A stretch of 64,000 nt of DNA from Hemiscyllium ocellatum (GCF_020745735.1 NC_083445.1:2604001-2668000); one strand, 5' to 3'. Positions 50,111 to 62,055 are shown, counted from the stretch's first letter. A program made the numbers and translations. Notes: generated by a model not told the origin, from the letters alone.

Positions 50111-51264
50111 GGTAATAGGGAGGGGAGATGGACTGTCAGCTTTGATTTCAAATAGGAAAGTCTTGTTAAAACCACACAAAGCACGAGTCAGACCAGAGCT
50201 AGAATGCTGTAAACAGTTGTGGCCTCCTGATCTCAGGAAAGATGGCAACATTGGAGGCAGTCCAAGGGAGGTCCATACGATTGTCTTGTGTGGAGACTCC
50301 AGCTTGGACTCATTGGAGTTTAGAAAAAAAAACAGAGGTGACCTTATTAAAACATTTAAGGTTCTTCAGTGTCTTGACTGTGTAGATATAGATTGTTTTC
50401 CCCTTGTGGGAAACTCTTGAATCAGAGTGGCATAATCTTAGAGTGAAAGGTCACCTGTATAAAATAAAGATAGGAGGAATTCCAGATTCACCATAATCTT
50501 ATTAATGGCAAAAGACACTCAGTGGGTCAAAAGGTCTCCTTCGGTTCCTACATCCTGTGGTTTCAGGTACTGCTGAATCAACCGGCTCAGAAATGTTATT
50601 ACACAGTCTGGAGCAGATGAGCTTGGACCCGGCCCTCCTGGATCAGAGGTAGAGACACAAGAGCCTTCATCTCAATAGTTCAATGGTCTGCACCTCAAAC
50701 AGCAGCCATGCTGCTGCAGTCATATAGACACTGTGTAACAGAACAGACAAGGACCATGGCCAAGTGCAGAGAAAGGTGACAGGATTTATTTTGGGACTTT
50801 CGCCAAAATAGCCCCAGGCATCTATGTAACAAACCAACTAACTGAGAAAGGGAACCCACAATAAAGAATGAGTTTGTTTTTCTTTAAACAAGTCGACCAA
50901 AACTAGGCTTCAGAAAGTGAATGATTATTCAGAAGTGCTCCTGGAGCACATCCTGCAGGAAAGTTTGATTCGAGACAAGAAGACACAGTCTGTTCCACAT
51001 GGTCAAGCCTGAAATTAAAGCAAAGAGTAAATCATTTGTCAGGAATAGGCCAATTTTCTCGAAGAAAATATTAACTTTCCAGGGTCACTCACTAAGAGTG
51101 GGAGATGGTCATCACTAGTTTGGGACAAGAAAGGATTTCAACAGATTTGTAATAACTGAAGTTTAGGGACAGAGCAGAGAAAAGATTCCTGAAGCTTGGT
51201 GTATGTCTTAAAAATGATAAGGATCATCAGTTTGAGCACAAAAAGGATAATACGGGTATTAAAT

Positions 51265-51605
51265 GGGGCGGTATGGTGGCTCAGTGGTTAGCACAGCTGC
51301 CTCACAGTACCAAAGACCCGGGTTTGATCCCAGCCTGGGGTGACTGGCTGTGCGGAGTTTACACATTCTCCCTGTGTTTGTGTGGGTTTCCTCCGGGTGC
51401 TCTGGTTTCCTCCACATTCCAAAGGTGTGTAGGTTAGGCGGGTTGGCTGTGCGAAATTGCCCGCAGTGTTCAGGGATGTATAGGTTAGGTGCGAGGCTCA
51501 GGGACAAACAGAGTAGTAACGGAATGGGTCTGGGCAGGATACTCTGCTGAGGGTCAAAGTGGACTTGCTTGACTGAAGGGCCTGTTTCTACACTGTAGGA
51601 ATTTT
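51265..51605 (+). mobile_element. HE1-type SINE (older variant)
   Basis: GGTGGCTCAGTGGTTAGCAC head; GAAGGGCCTGTTTCTACACTGTAGG tail. Confidence 0.85.
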
Positions 51606-53407
51606 ATTGATTAAAAAAAAGGTCAGTTAGCCTTCTTGATATTTGAAAGAAAGAGCAATTCATTGATGGAGTAGGTGCAAGGAAATGAGAACAGGTGGTG
51701 AGGGGAGTTCCCCCTACAGCTTGAAATTACAGGAACAATTGAACAGAAAGGAGGAAATTGCAGTGAAAACAGTTATATGTCTCTGCCTGTCCTTCTGGGG
51801 GACTCACCTGTAAGGACTCGGAATGGATGCAGTGTAGAGACGCTGCCTGGCAGTCAGTCAACAATGGATGTGCAACCACACACAGTTTATTGTTTTATCG
51901 TCTGCTGCATATCAGTTCTTACTTAAATCTCCAAGCCTACAGTGTTATTCAAACCTGGAGGAGCGATGATTAGACCCTTATTAACAGGACAAAAACAGTA
52001 CTATGAGATCGAGGAGGGTTAGAGACAGTGGTGTAAGTAAAAGAGTGGGTGACAGATGAAGTGATGATAATGCATTATGGTGGGGTGGGAGCAATTGTTA
52101 CAGAGGGATGATCCGAAACCTGAATACAGGATGAAGTGACTAGTCGTTGTCAGGGTAACTACTAAACAGATGCTCTTAATAACCTTGGTGGCAACAAGAT
52201 GGCTTCTCAATGTAAATCACATGACAAAATGGCTTCTGGGCTGCAAACTGACAACTCTGCTAAAGCTGCGTAAAGTGGCTTTTAAATTACTAATTGCTAA
52301 TTCTGCTTTGGCTGCAGAAGTAACAAACCACAACTCTGCTTCAGTAGACATTAGCAGACAACGCACCCTTTAAAGCATAGAAATAATGTGACTAGATAAG
52401 ATCGGACTGGCCATTCTAACGGACCTTCAGGTTCTGGTGCAGTGGAGGAAGGGTGGCCTAAGTGCTGGAAAATAAAGCTGGTTCCCAGAAATATCACTGG
52501 ACTAAGTAACTGTGAAAGCAATGTTGTGTATTGATTGGTAATTGTTAAACATACTCTGTGATCATGGGCTGCGCCCATCTTTAAGAAATGTATTAAAATG
52601 TCTTTGTTTTAAGCCACTCCTCTGAGGAACATGGAAGTGCATAACCCCTGTTTCTGGACGCTCTATGCCCGGCCATATGGAAAAATAAAGAGTGAAGTCT
52701 TAACAGTCAGACCAACGCTGTTTATTAACTGATTGCAGAACTGAGAGAGCACACCGGGGCTCCAGAGCTTCCTCAGCAAGGCTTGGAAAGGGAGGGGAGG
52801 AGGGAAGAGATACGATCCACGTTCAGATAGTGAAAAGATGTCCAGGATACTCACTGGCACAGGCCTTGTGCTAATACAAGGCACTGCGCAGCTTGTTGAA
52901 ACAATCAAGTAAACCCCAAGCAATGAGCAGAATTCAAACAAGAGCCAATACAGAGGAGGGCATGAACATGGAAATGATCAGAGCAATAGGGTTCAGTGAA
53001 ACCAGCACAGCCTGAAGAGGTTTCACTACAGAAATTATCGGACTCTTTCCTACTCTTCTCTTGGGCCTTGACAACATTGCAATCCTCCCTGAGTCACTGC
53101 AGGCTCTTCATCCTGCTCACTCAGAGACAAACCGAAATCCTGGGGGTTCCCTGCTATTTATAAGTATATTTCACAGCAAGCATTAGAAGGATGAAAGATT
53201 GTATTATTGAAGACAAGCAAGGATTGGACAACTTTTCAATTACATCAATGGTGCCCATCAAAGGTAAAAGCAGAAAATAAAAGCTGGGGGTGTTCAGGGG
53301 CATCATCTCGGCATGGACAACAGGAACCAGCGAGTAGGCAGCAATGTACAAGTTGGGTGTCACAGGCGTTGGTGCAGGGACCTCAACAACAGGGGATATG
53401 GCTTGGA

Positions 53408-53885
53408 AGAAGGGAGGTAGGGCACGGCTGACGGGAGGTAGGGCACGGCTGACGGGAGGTAGGGCACGGCTGACGGGAGGTAGGGCACGGCTGACGGGAG
53501 GTAGGGCATAGTTGCCAAAGAGATGAATGGAGGTATGGTATAGTTGAAGGGAGTCACTGCATATTTGCCAAAGGGATTAAGGGAGGTATGGTATAGACGA
53601 AGGGAGGTATGGTATAGACGAAGGGAGGTATGGTATAGTTGAAGGGAGGTATGGTATAGTTGCCAAAGGGATGAAGGGAGGTATGGTATAGATGCCAATG
53701 GGATGAAGGGAAGTATGGTATAGATGAAGGAAGGCATGGTATAGTTGCCAAAGGGATGAAGGGAGGTATGGTATAGGTGAAGGGAGATATGGTGTAGATG
53801 AATGTAGGTATGGTGTAGATGAATGTAGGTATGGTGTAGATGAACGTAGGTATGGTGTAGATGAATGTAGGTATGGTGTAGATGC
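53408..53885 (+). repeat. Compound minisatellite (4 x 21-bp GGGAGGTAGGGCACGGCTGAC, then about 20-31-bp GAAGGGAGGTATGGTATAG.. variants)
   Basis: Direct inspection; the unit drifts progressively along the array. Confidence 0.92.
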
Positions 53886-54000
53886 CAAATTTGGCTGAAA
53901 CAAAGAAAGGTAGGAAACAAAGTTGCAAAGGCAGCATAAGGAGGAAAGGAGGTGGCAAATGGATTGTAATGTCAGAAAATGTAACAAGGTCAAAAACACA

Positions 54001-54210
54001 TACTACCGACACGGTGAGGGATTTACATAGCTCAGAGCTACATTCTACCGACACGGTGAGAGATTTACATAGCTCAGAGCTACATACTACCGACACGGTG
54101 AGGGATTTACATAGCTCCGAGCTACATTCTACCGACACGGTGAGGGATTTACATAGCTCAGAGCTACATACTACCGACACGGTGAGGGATTTACATAGCT
54201 CAGAGCTACA
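54001..54210 (+). repeat. Minisatellite, 5 x 42 bp
   Basis: Unit T(A/T)CTACCGACACGGTGAGGGATTTACATAGCTCAGAGCTACA. Confidence 0.95.
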
Positions 54211-55019
54211 TTCAAGGGCATGGATTGTAAATGGTCTGTCTGCAGGAACAAAAAGTAATTAGGAAAGATAATGTAACACTTTGATTTTCATTAAGGGGAA
54301 TGGAATACATAAATAAGGAGGTTATGCTTCAGTTGGACACGGGACTGAAGAGACTGTCCAGTGTTTGCGAACACTTTGTAAAGGTCGGTCCCAGCTCCAG
54401 TGGAGACAGCCCAGCCATCTGCAGACTACAACCTGCAAGGGGCAGGTTCTCTCGGGGTAAAACTTAAACAGACTGACCGTGTATCCACTGGAGTTTAAAG
54501 TTTAAGGGGGGCAGGGGGCACAGGGTAGAATAACTGAAGCAGACAAGATCCTGACAGGTCTTGACAGAGTCAATGTGCAGAGGATATTTCCTCTTGTGGG
54601 AGAATCTGGAACCAGAGATCACTTTTTTAAAAAATCAAGGTTTGCCCATTGGAGTCAGAATAGGTCGGTATCCCCCACCCTGCCTCGCATCAAGGAGTCT
54701 TTCAAACCCTGTTCCTAAAATCCAACTGTCCAAGTGAATATTTTTAAGACACAGGTGAATAGGTTCTCATTAAACAAGGGAGTGGCAGATGTGAAGTTAC
54801 AACCAAAGCAGCCATGATGTTATTGTGTGGCCAAGCAGGCTTGAGGGGCTGAATGAACTGGATGGTTCTCAGCACCTTGCAATCAAACTGTTGCTTCCAT
54901 CTTGGAGGGCTTCAAAACTGCAACATTGATATCAGTGCTGTGTACTGTTAACAAAGACAGAAACTATGACTTCACATTTCAAATGTTCCCTAAATAATTT
55001 GATATCCATGACACTAAGA

Positions 55020-56147
55020 CAGCAATTTACTGCATCATATTTTATTTGCATTCATGGTGACCAATAACAAGAAACAAAGGTTACGTTTACTACCACACTC
55101 ACTAGCAGCAACCAGCCCAGATTAAACAGGTCATCCTATCAGGTAGTATCAGCAACACTGGCCCCCAACAGAACAAGAGTCCCCGAGCTGTAATTGGTGC
55201 AGTGCACAGGATTCATGAAAAGCTGAGACACAAAGGGAAGGAGTTAAACTCAATGGAGAGAACACTATTGTGGTTTCAGCACAGTATTTCACAAGAACTG
55301 AATATAAAAGCCCATGTTGAAATTGATGCAAATCCCTCGCCCAAACTCAAACTGAAAACCTATGAAAAACTCAGCAATCTGCATACATCTCCCTCACCTC
55401 AAGAAATGGGTTCAGATTGCAGCAACTAAACACTTGGCTCAGGAGTCATACAGAAACAACACTCAAATATGAAGTTACTGCTCATCAAGGTTTAAAAAAA
55501 ACACAGTAAGTATCAGCAATAATTCTAGTTAGGGACTCTACTTGTTATTTTCGTATTCCTGTTTCAATTTTACAAAGGTATGAACAAAGTCAATCCTACA
55601 GACGCCTCTCACCCCATCATTTTGTAGAATTTCCAACAAACCATGTTCCAAATACTCTCTTCCCCAAGTTTCGTGTAGGGTCCAGTTCCATAGGGAGTGG
55701 TAACTCACTCACTCTCAATTGTCCCTCTCCCATAAAACCAATCTTAGTACACAGGCCTCAGCTGAGATCATCAGGACATCACCGCAGTGTCCCACTTGGG
55801 GAACTTGGCACCTTCCCAGCTGTATGGCTCAGCACCACATGGAATGATGCACATGGACTCAAGGAAGCAATGGGGGAGGTGGGCTCACAGTCTGACAATG
55901 GAGGTGGTTTCACTGGCACAGATACCAGCTGACCCAGTTACTGCACAAGAGGAAGGCAGCTTGCATGCTCTCAAATCTTGTGTATGTTTTCATACAAAAA
56001 GCAGTTGATTCATATAGGACTTTAATCTTCCATTCAATAGATCGGTATATTGAACTTACATGGACCCCCTATGGGTCAGTGAACAGGATGCAGTCTGTAA
56101 CCCAACACAGCAATAAAACTAGCAGATATTGAAAACAAAACACAAGT
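55020..56147 (-). other. CDC37: Probable CDC37 3' UTR with candidate AATAAA poly(A) signal at 55041-55046
   Basis: Non-repetitive sequence after the stop codon; minus-strand AATAAA (plus TTTATT at 55041-55046) shortly before degraded CR1 sequence resumes. The exact cleavage site is not determinable. Confidence 0.55.
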
Positions 56148-56294
56148 TTATTTTTCCTCACTGCTTTCCTTTTTAACTTCTTCATACACAGGATCCTCAT
56201 CTTCCTTGCTCTTCTCTCCTTCCTCCTCTGCAGCCTTTGCATTTGGAATCCACAGCCCAGAGTCAATGCAGCGTTGCATGTGGTACTTGGCTTC
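56148..56294 (-). CDS. CDC37: CDC37 terminal coding exon (equivalent to exon 8) with TAA stop
   Basis: EAKYHMQRCIDSGLWIPNAKAAEEEGEKSKEDEDPVYEEVKKESSEEK* (147 nt), with the conserved YHMQRCIDSGLW motif; gattgcAG acceptor. Confidence 0.96.
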   Translation of the reverse strand, partial: EAKYHMQRCIDSGLWIPNAKAAEEEGEKSKEDEDPVYEEVKKESSEEK

Positions 56295-56361
56295 CTGCAA
56301 TCAGAGGTCACTTAGTGTCCAGTATATTTGAAATAACCCATCGTTGAAGATCATGACAGAA

Positions 56362-57270
56362 ATGATTTGGACGTAAGTTAGTAAGTTTGCAGATGACACC
56401 AAAATTGGAGGTGTAGTGGACAGTGAAGGAGATTACAACAGGATCTGGATCAGATGGGCCAATGGGCTGAGAAGTGGCAGATGGAGTTTAATTCAGATAA
56501 ATGTGAGGTGCTGCATTTTGGGAAAGCAAATCTTAGCAGGACTTATACACTTAATGGTAAGGTCCTAGGGAGTGTTGCTGAACAAAGAGACCTTGGAGTG
56601 CAGTTTCATAGCTCCTTGAAAGTGGAGTCGCAGGTAGATAGGATAGTGAAGGCGGCGTTTGGTATGCTTTCCTTTATTGGTCAGAGTATTGAGTACAGGA
56701 GTTGGGAGGTCATGTTACGGCTGTACAGGACATTGGTTAGGCCACTGTTGGAATATTGCGTGCAATTCTGGTCTCCTTCCTATCGGAAAGATGTTGTGAA
56801 ACTTGAAAGGGTTCAGAAAAGATTTACAAGGATGTTGCCAGGGTTGGAGGGTTTGAGCTACAGGGAGAGGCTGAACAGGCTGGGGCTGTTTTCCCTGGAG
56901 CGTCGGAGGCTGAGGGGTGACCTTATAGAGGTTTATAAAATCATGAGGTGCATGGATAGGATAAACAGACAAGGTCTTTTCCCTGGGGTGGGGGACTCCA
57001 AAACTAGAAGGCATAGGTTTAGAGTGGGGAAGGATATAAAAACGGAACCAAGGGGCAACATGTACATGCAGAGGGTAGTACGTGTATGGAATGAGCTGTC
57101 AGAGGAAGTGGTGGAGGCTGGTACAATTACAACATTTAAAAGGCATCTGGATAGGTATATGAACAGAAAGGGTTTGGAGGGATATGGGCCAAATGGGACG
57201 AGATTAAGTTCGGATATCTGGTTAGCATGGACGAATTGGACCAAGGGGTTCCACGCTGCAAATCTCTATG
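56362..57270 (+). mobile_element. 5'-truncated CR1 LINE in the last CDC37 intron (antisense to the gene)
   Basis: KFADDTKIG at the start; ORF 56454..57296 is the CR1 ORF2 C-terminus; CTCTATGA tail. Confidence 0.92.
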
Positions 57271-58249
57271 ATCAGGAAACTCTCAAGTATCTCTAAACTG
57301 TACTGTCATGTGTGTGTCTGGAGCAACATGAGGTCAGAGTGCCATCAAGAACAGCAAAGTCTGATCATCATCCAGTATCCAGATAAACCCAACCTCCAGC
57401 TGGGGTCAACAGATAGCCAGGATTACTTCAAATCTTTGACAGCAGTTTATAGTATAGAAAACATGGAAATCAGTGGTTTTGGGTTACATAAGGGAAGTCA
57501 AGGCCACAATTAAATCAATATGACTTTAGTGAATGGTGGAGCAGGGTTAAGGGACAAAATGATGTATTTCTGCTCTTATCTTTTTTGCTTAACTGCCAAC
57601 TTAATTCTGTTGGTCTCCGAGAGTCAGAAGGCTGGGTCTAAACCCTACACCAGGAGTTGAACAGGTTATCTAAAGTATCATCTACAGTTCCTTCTGTTTT
57701 CATTACTATGAGGGGTGCTGGATAGTTAATGATTGTTACAAATCCCACTTGCCAATTCAATTCCTATGAATCCAATATAGAAATCTCATATCTCTTAGCT
57801 GCTGTATTTAACTGTCCTTTTACCTCTGATTATCCCTCCCTGGTTCTACAGTCTGCCCTCACATCTCATGTTCCAAGGCAGGATTGCTGCTATAAAACAG
57901 GAGCCAACATAACCAGGCACAGATCAGGGATTCAGTCAGGGCAAAGGCCAGTTCCATGCCCATCACGTACCACCCAGTGTGGCATTCCATTGGCTTTTCC
58001 TCCCCTTTCCAAGTCGCCATTCTCTCAGAGGGACCCTCCTAGCTGTTAGGATTGGCTCTAATAATCGACCATCTCTGGAAGATGCCAAAAAGTGATGCCA
58101 ACATGACATCAATTCTCTCACATCCAAGAGCCGGTGTTGCGAAAACGGTAGTGAAGCAACTTTCTAAAGGAGAAGCCAGCATATGCACAGAACAAATGGC
58201 TCCAGGTTAACCAGGAAGCCAACCAAAACAGATTACAGAAAATACTCAC

Positions 58250-58321
58250 CGTTGGGTCCATTTTGCTAATGACATCCTGTAAAAGTTGGATATCTTTTGA
58301 ATCAAAGCAATTCTTCATCTC
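58250..58321 (-). CDS. CDC37: CDC37 coding exon (equivalent to exon 7)
   Basis: EMKNCFDSKDIQLLQDVISKMDPT (72 nt) inside ORF 58118..58423; ctctctctttgcAG acceptor and GTgagt donor. Confidence 0.96.
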
Positions 58322-58570
58322 CTGCAAAGAGAGAGAGGGCCAAAGACATCGGAAGCAATCTTCAAGAAGTTTTACAAGCAGAAAAACAAACCAGAATCTC
58401 ACCGAGAACCAAATGCTAATCATTTCGGGAGTGGGGAGTAACTTGGTAAACCATTCAATAATTGCTAATCTCGAAGCTCATGATACACAGCTATTCAGTT
58501 AGCCTGAATTATCAACAACAGATTTGAAACATCTCAACGTAAACAGAAAATGCTGCAAATCTGTGGAGAT

Positions 58571-58866
58571 CGTGGCACAGTGGTTAGCACTGCTGCCTCA
58601 CAGCGCCTGAGACCCGGGTTCAATTCCCATCTCAAACGACTGACTGTGTGGAGTTTGCACGTTCTCCCAGTGTCTGCGTGGGTTTCCTCCAGGTGCTCCG
58701 GTTTCCTCCCACAGTCCAAAGATGTGCAGGTCAGGTGAATTGGCCATGCTAAATTGCCCGTAGTGTTAGGTAAGGGGTAAATGTAGGGGTATGGGTGGGT
58801 TGCGCTTCGGCGGGTCGGTGTGGACTTGTTGGGCCGAAGGGCCTGTTTCCACACTGTAAGTAATCT
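58571..58866 (+). mobile_element. HE1-type SINE in a CDC37 intron
   Basis: Full copy, near-identical to the 37377-37691 copy. Confidence 0.92.
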
Positions 58867-59515
58867 TAATGTTACAGGCACGAGGCTCTTCTCTTAAAAC
58901 AGTGATGATGTGAATTGCTTTACGTTAGGAGTGGAATGAGCAAGTCACTGGCATGGCCAACATTTAGTGCCCATTCCTAACTGCCCAGTTACAAGTCAGC
59001 CATGCTGCAGTCAGGCTAGTGCCAAAGTAAGGGTCACATTCCTCTCCGAAAAGGACATTCGAGAACAAAGTGGACTGTTACCCAATCAGTAACCTGAACC
59101 TTCTAAACCTGGGGCAGATGGGGAGAAGGAGAAACGTGTTTGGAACGAGATTCCACTCTGTACAAGGGTGCAGGAAACCTGTTCATTACGAGAACATCAA
59201 GAAAAGGTGAAACCAGATGCTGCTTCTGCTGAGATTTTCTGGTACCCTGCCTTACCCAGCACCTATATCTGGTGACCAGTTTCACACTGTTGACGTTTAG
59301 CAATTGAACAGGATCGAACTGGAAAGGTAGAGTTACTTAACGCAACAGAGTCAAGCACTCCACCCTATGCAGATACCAGGTGTGGGAGGGAGGTCAACAT
59401 CCCTGAACAGCAAAGAGCCAAACAACAAAAGCAGAAAGGAGGAACCATCTCATGGGTCTTTGGCATGACTCCACTGTCAAACCTTCAAGATGGAGGCATG
59501 AGAAAATCTACTCAC

Positions 59516-59698
59516 GTCAGGAAGGCTTTCGTAGACCTCCACAGGATCAAGCCCACCAGGTCCCAGCCGCTTCTGTCGTTCCTCCTCTTCATATTCCTTC
59601 ATTGCCTTCTCGATCCTTGCCTGAGCTCGACCTTTAACCCTCTCCTTGAACGCTCCCAGCTCATCGTTAAATGCCTCAATGTATTGTTTATCTGCTGT
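59516..59698 (-). CDS. CDC37: CDC37 coding exon (equivalent to exon 6)
   Basis: TADKQYIEAFNDELGAFKERVKGRAQARIEKAMKEYEEEERQKRLGPGGLDPVEVYESLPD (183 nt) inside ORF 59477..59722; ttttccAG acceptor and GTgagt donor. Confidence 0.97.
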
Positions 59699-59959
59699 CT
59701 GGAAAATTGAATTGGAAAACAAGTCAACATGGCCAACTCAAACAGCAATTTTCAAATCCAGTCCGAGAGCCCCCTCTTCTCCAGTCAGTACATCAATTCC
59801 TGCTGGGTCAGAGTTCCACAGATTACCAGCAAAGTAACCATTCTTCACTCACAGCTGATCAGAGAAAGGCCAGCACGACCTATACCAATCAATAAGGCCA
59901 AGGCATGTGAACCACGACATTAATAGATTGGAATATCAGGAGGAGGAAATGGGGAAGAT

Positions 59960-60252
59960 AATGGTCCAGTTAATGTCACTGAACTAGCAATCCAAAACCC
60001 TATGGCAATACGCTGGCAAACCCATCATGAACAATGGTGAAATTGGAATACATTAAATTCCACATCAAACAGATGGCCTAAAAACTACCATCTAACCACT
60101 GCGGATTGTCTTCAAACTCTCTGCTTTTCTAATACTCTTCAGTAGAAGGAAATCTACTATCCTTACTTGATCTGACCTACATGTGATTCTAATCCCACAG
60201 CTATGTGTTTGGCTATTAACTGTGCTGGGCAGTTACGGATGGACAATAAATC
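59960..60252 (+). mobile_element. SINE-like element ending in the family-B LINE tail
   Basis: Core GAAGGAAATCTACTATCCTTACTTGATCTGACCTACATGTGATTC and tail GGGCAGTTACGGATGGACAATAAAT; related minus-strand copies at about 31380-31570 and 58935-59100. Confidence 0.6.
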
Positions 60253-60794
60253 GTAGTTTGAGAGCTTGGCCAATCAGTTCCCCATAAGCGGCTTGTTCAT
60301 GCCAGACGTAATGGAACTGACCTCCCCCCTCACCACCTCCCCATGTCCCCTTAGAAGGATCTCAAGTGTTCATGACCAAGATCAACAGATTTCTTGAAGG
60401 CTTTTATAGGATATGCATTAACAGGGGAACAGAGTTGACATAGGTCACTAAGATCTTATTTAAACAGGTAGAAGAGACTGGAGGGAATTAAATGACTTCC
60501 TGTTCTGATCTTAATAAGCACGACTGCTGACTTGTTTCCCCTTGAGTACAGCACATCTCACAACGAGAACCACTGAACGATATGAAATCCGTGGAGCTGT
60601 TTCAGATTGAAGTGAACAGTGTCACTGGAACAAGTGGACACATTTGTTCAAGTCAAATCATAACAGAATGTGACAGATTAGGAGGAGGAAAGAGTTAGCC
60701 AGAAGTAATTTGGTGAAGGCTGTGAATACAAAGAAGCGTCAAGTTTCTAACAGGGAAACAATAGTAAATGTCTTCCTTCCTGTCTGCCTCAGGC

Positions 60795-60920
60795 AATGCA
60801 ACAAAGGAACAGCACTCCAAAAGCTCGTGATTTTACATCAACGTGTTGGACAGTAACCTTGTGCCACAAGACCTCTGATTTAGTCCACCCCAATCCAACA
60901 CCGGCATCTCCACATCATGA
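60795..60920 (+). mobile_element. Old PLE terminus (37.2-kb family) in a CDC37 intron
   Basis: TGTTGGACAGTAACC...CCAACACCGGCATCTCCACATCATG matches the 37.2-37.3 kb copy. Confidence 0.55.
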
Positions 60921-61235
60921 TTAAATGTATCAGAATAGTATGGATAGAACTAAATGCAAATCCATTACTGTGCTAAAGCAAGGAGCACTTTACCAATCCA
61001 AAATTCCTGACAAACACAAAAGAAATTAACCTGTTAAAAAGAAAAAAAAACCTGCCACGTCAGTTATTCAATTCAATGGAGCACCAAAAGTCACATCCGA
61101 CTAATACCTTCAAGTAACTAACTGCAAGAACCCAAAATCGGATAGGAATTCATAGCACACAGGGATCAACTTAGTCTGCATGTGGAGTAAATATCAATTG
61201 TTTGAAATGCAAGAGATTTCCGGCTATTTCCGTAC

Positions 61236-61358
61236 CTTGATTTTGGCGAAGAACTGTCGGAAACAAGCTCTGGGATCCACCTTAAGGCTCTTGGCTAATT
61301 CCAGGATAAACTGCATCACGATGGTCTGGTGAGCTACCTGCTCCATCAGGGCATGCTT
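61236..61358 (-). CDS. CDC37: CDC37 (Hsp90 kinase co-chaperone) internal coding exon, equivalent to human exon 5
   Basis: Manual translation KHALMEQVAHQTIVMQFILELAKSLKVDPRACFRQFFAKIK (123 nt, phase 0/0), near-identical to vertebrate CDC37 as I recall it. Flanked by tttgcAG acceptor and GTacgg donor. Not shown in this frame in the ORF track. Confidence 0.96.
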
Positions 61359-61548
61359 CTGCAAATGGAACCCATAAACATCGTTTGAAGAATGCAAGCA
61401 AATCCTCTTGCCATACGTAATACAACCACATCCCTATTAGGGCATACTGCAACCAACCCCACTCTCCAACCAGAAGGGTCCATTTCTCCACATGTTGGGA
61501 GCTCATTACAATGACAGTCTGAACTAATGTGCATTCACTGAACATCAA

Positions 61549-62055
61549 GTGACAATGCTACCCCTTTAACAAGGTTCCTCTGTCCTTGGGTTTTTCTCAA
61601 GAGGGTCACAAAGGCAGAGGCTCCAATTTGTCTGGAACTGGGGACTTTGAATAATGACAGGGGAGTGGCCAGTTCTCCCAGCTCAGGTTGCTTTCTTGTT
61701 TGGTTTACTGTTAGCAGCCAGTCAAAACCTGCTGGGGACCTAGTGAAGCAGCTACAGTGAAACGGGGTCTTGGCTGAACTTTCTCTCTACAAACTCCTGC
61801 CTGTCAGAACCTGTTTTTGAATGTACCTTTTGCTTAGGGGTGCGTTTTTGGCATGTTGCAGGGTTTGGAACGATTTCATTATGGTCTGATATCGCGGGTT
61901 ATCAAATAAGTTATTCGAAATTCTGTTTTCTTTTGTTGATGTTTCATCTGTCTTGTTAAATAAATTCTGTTTTGTTTAAAGCTGAGTGGTTTGACCAGCT
62001 GTCAATGTTTTGAGGTGGGGGGGGGGGGGGGGGGGGTCCAGCCTGTTCCACAGCA
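61549..62055 (+). mobile_element. Probable solo LTR in a CDC37 intron
   Basis: About 500 bp, starts TGACAATG and ends ...CACAGCA, with internal AAATAAA and a G tract near the end. No TSD confirmed. Confidence 0.45.

Larger units (their letters stand above)
53100..54860 (+). mobile_element. Highly degraded CR1 RT-to-3' end fragment hosting two minisatellite blocks
   Basis: Remnants of GVPQG.VLGP (about 53355-53385), AKFA.DTK.G (about 53883-53912), WQM..NV.KC (about 53953-53985) and GGCTTGAGGGGCTGAATG 3' UTR (about 54838-54855), in collinear order. Confidence 0.6.

Noticed and set aside
53360-54262. His/Tyr/Pro- and Cys/Ser-repeat ORFs
   Set aside because: Translations of minisatellites on both strands.
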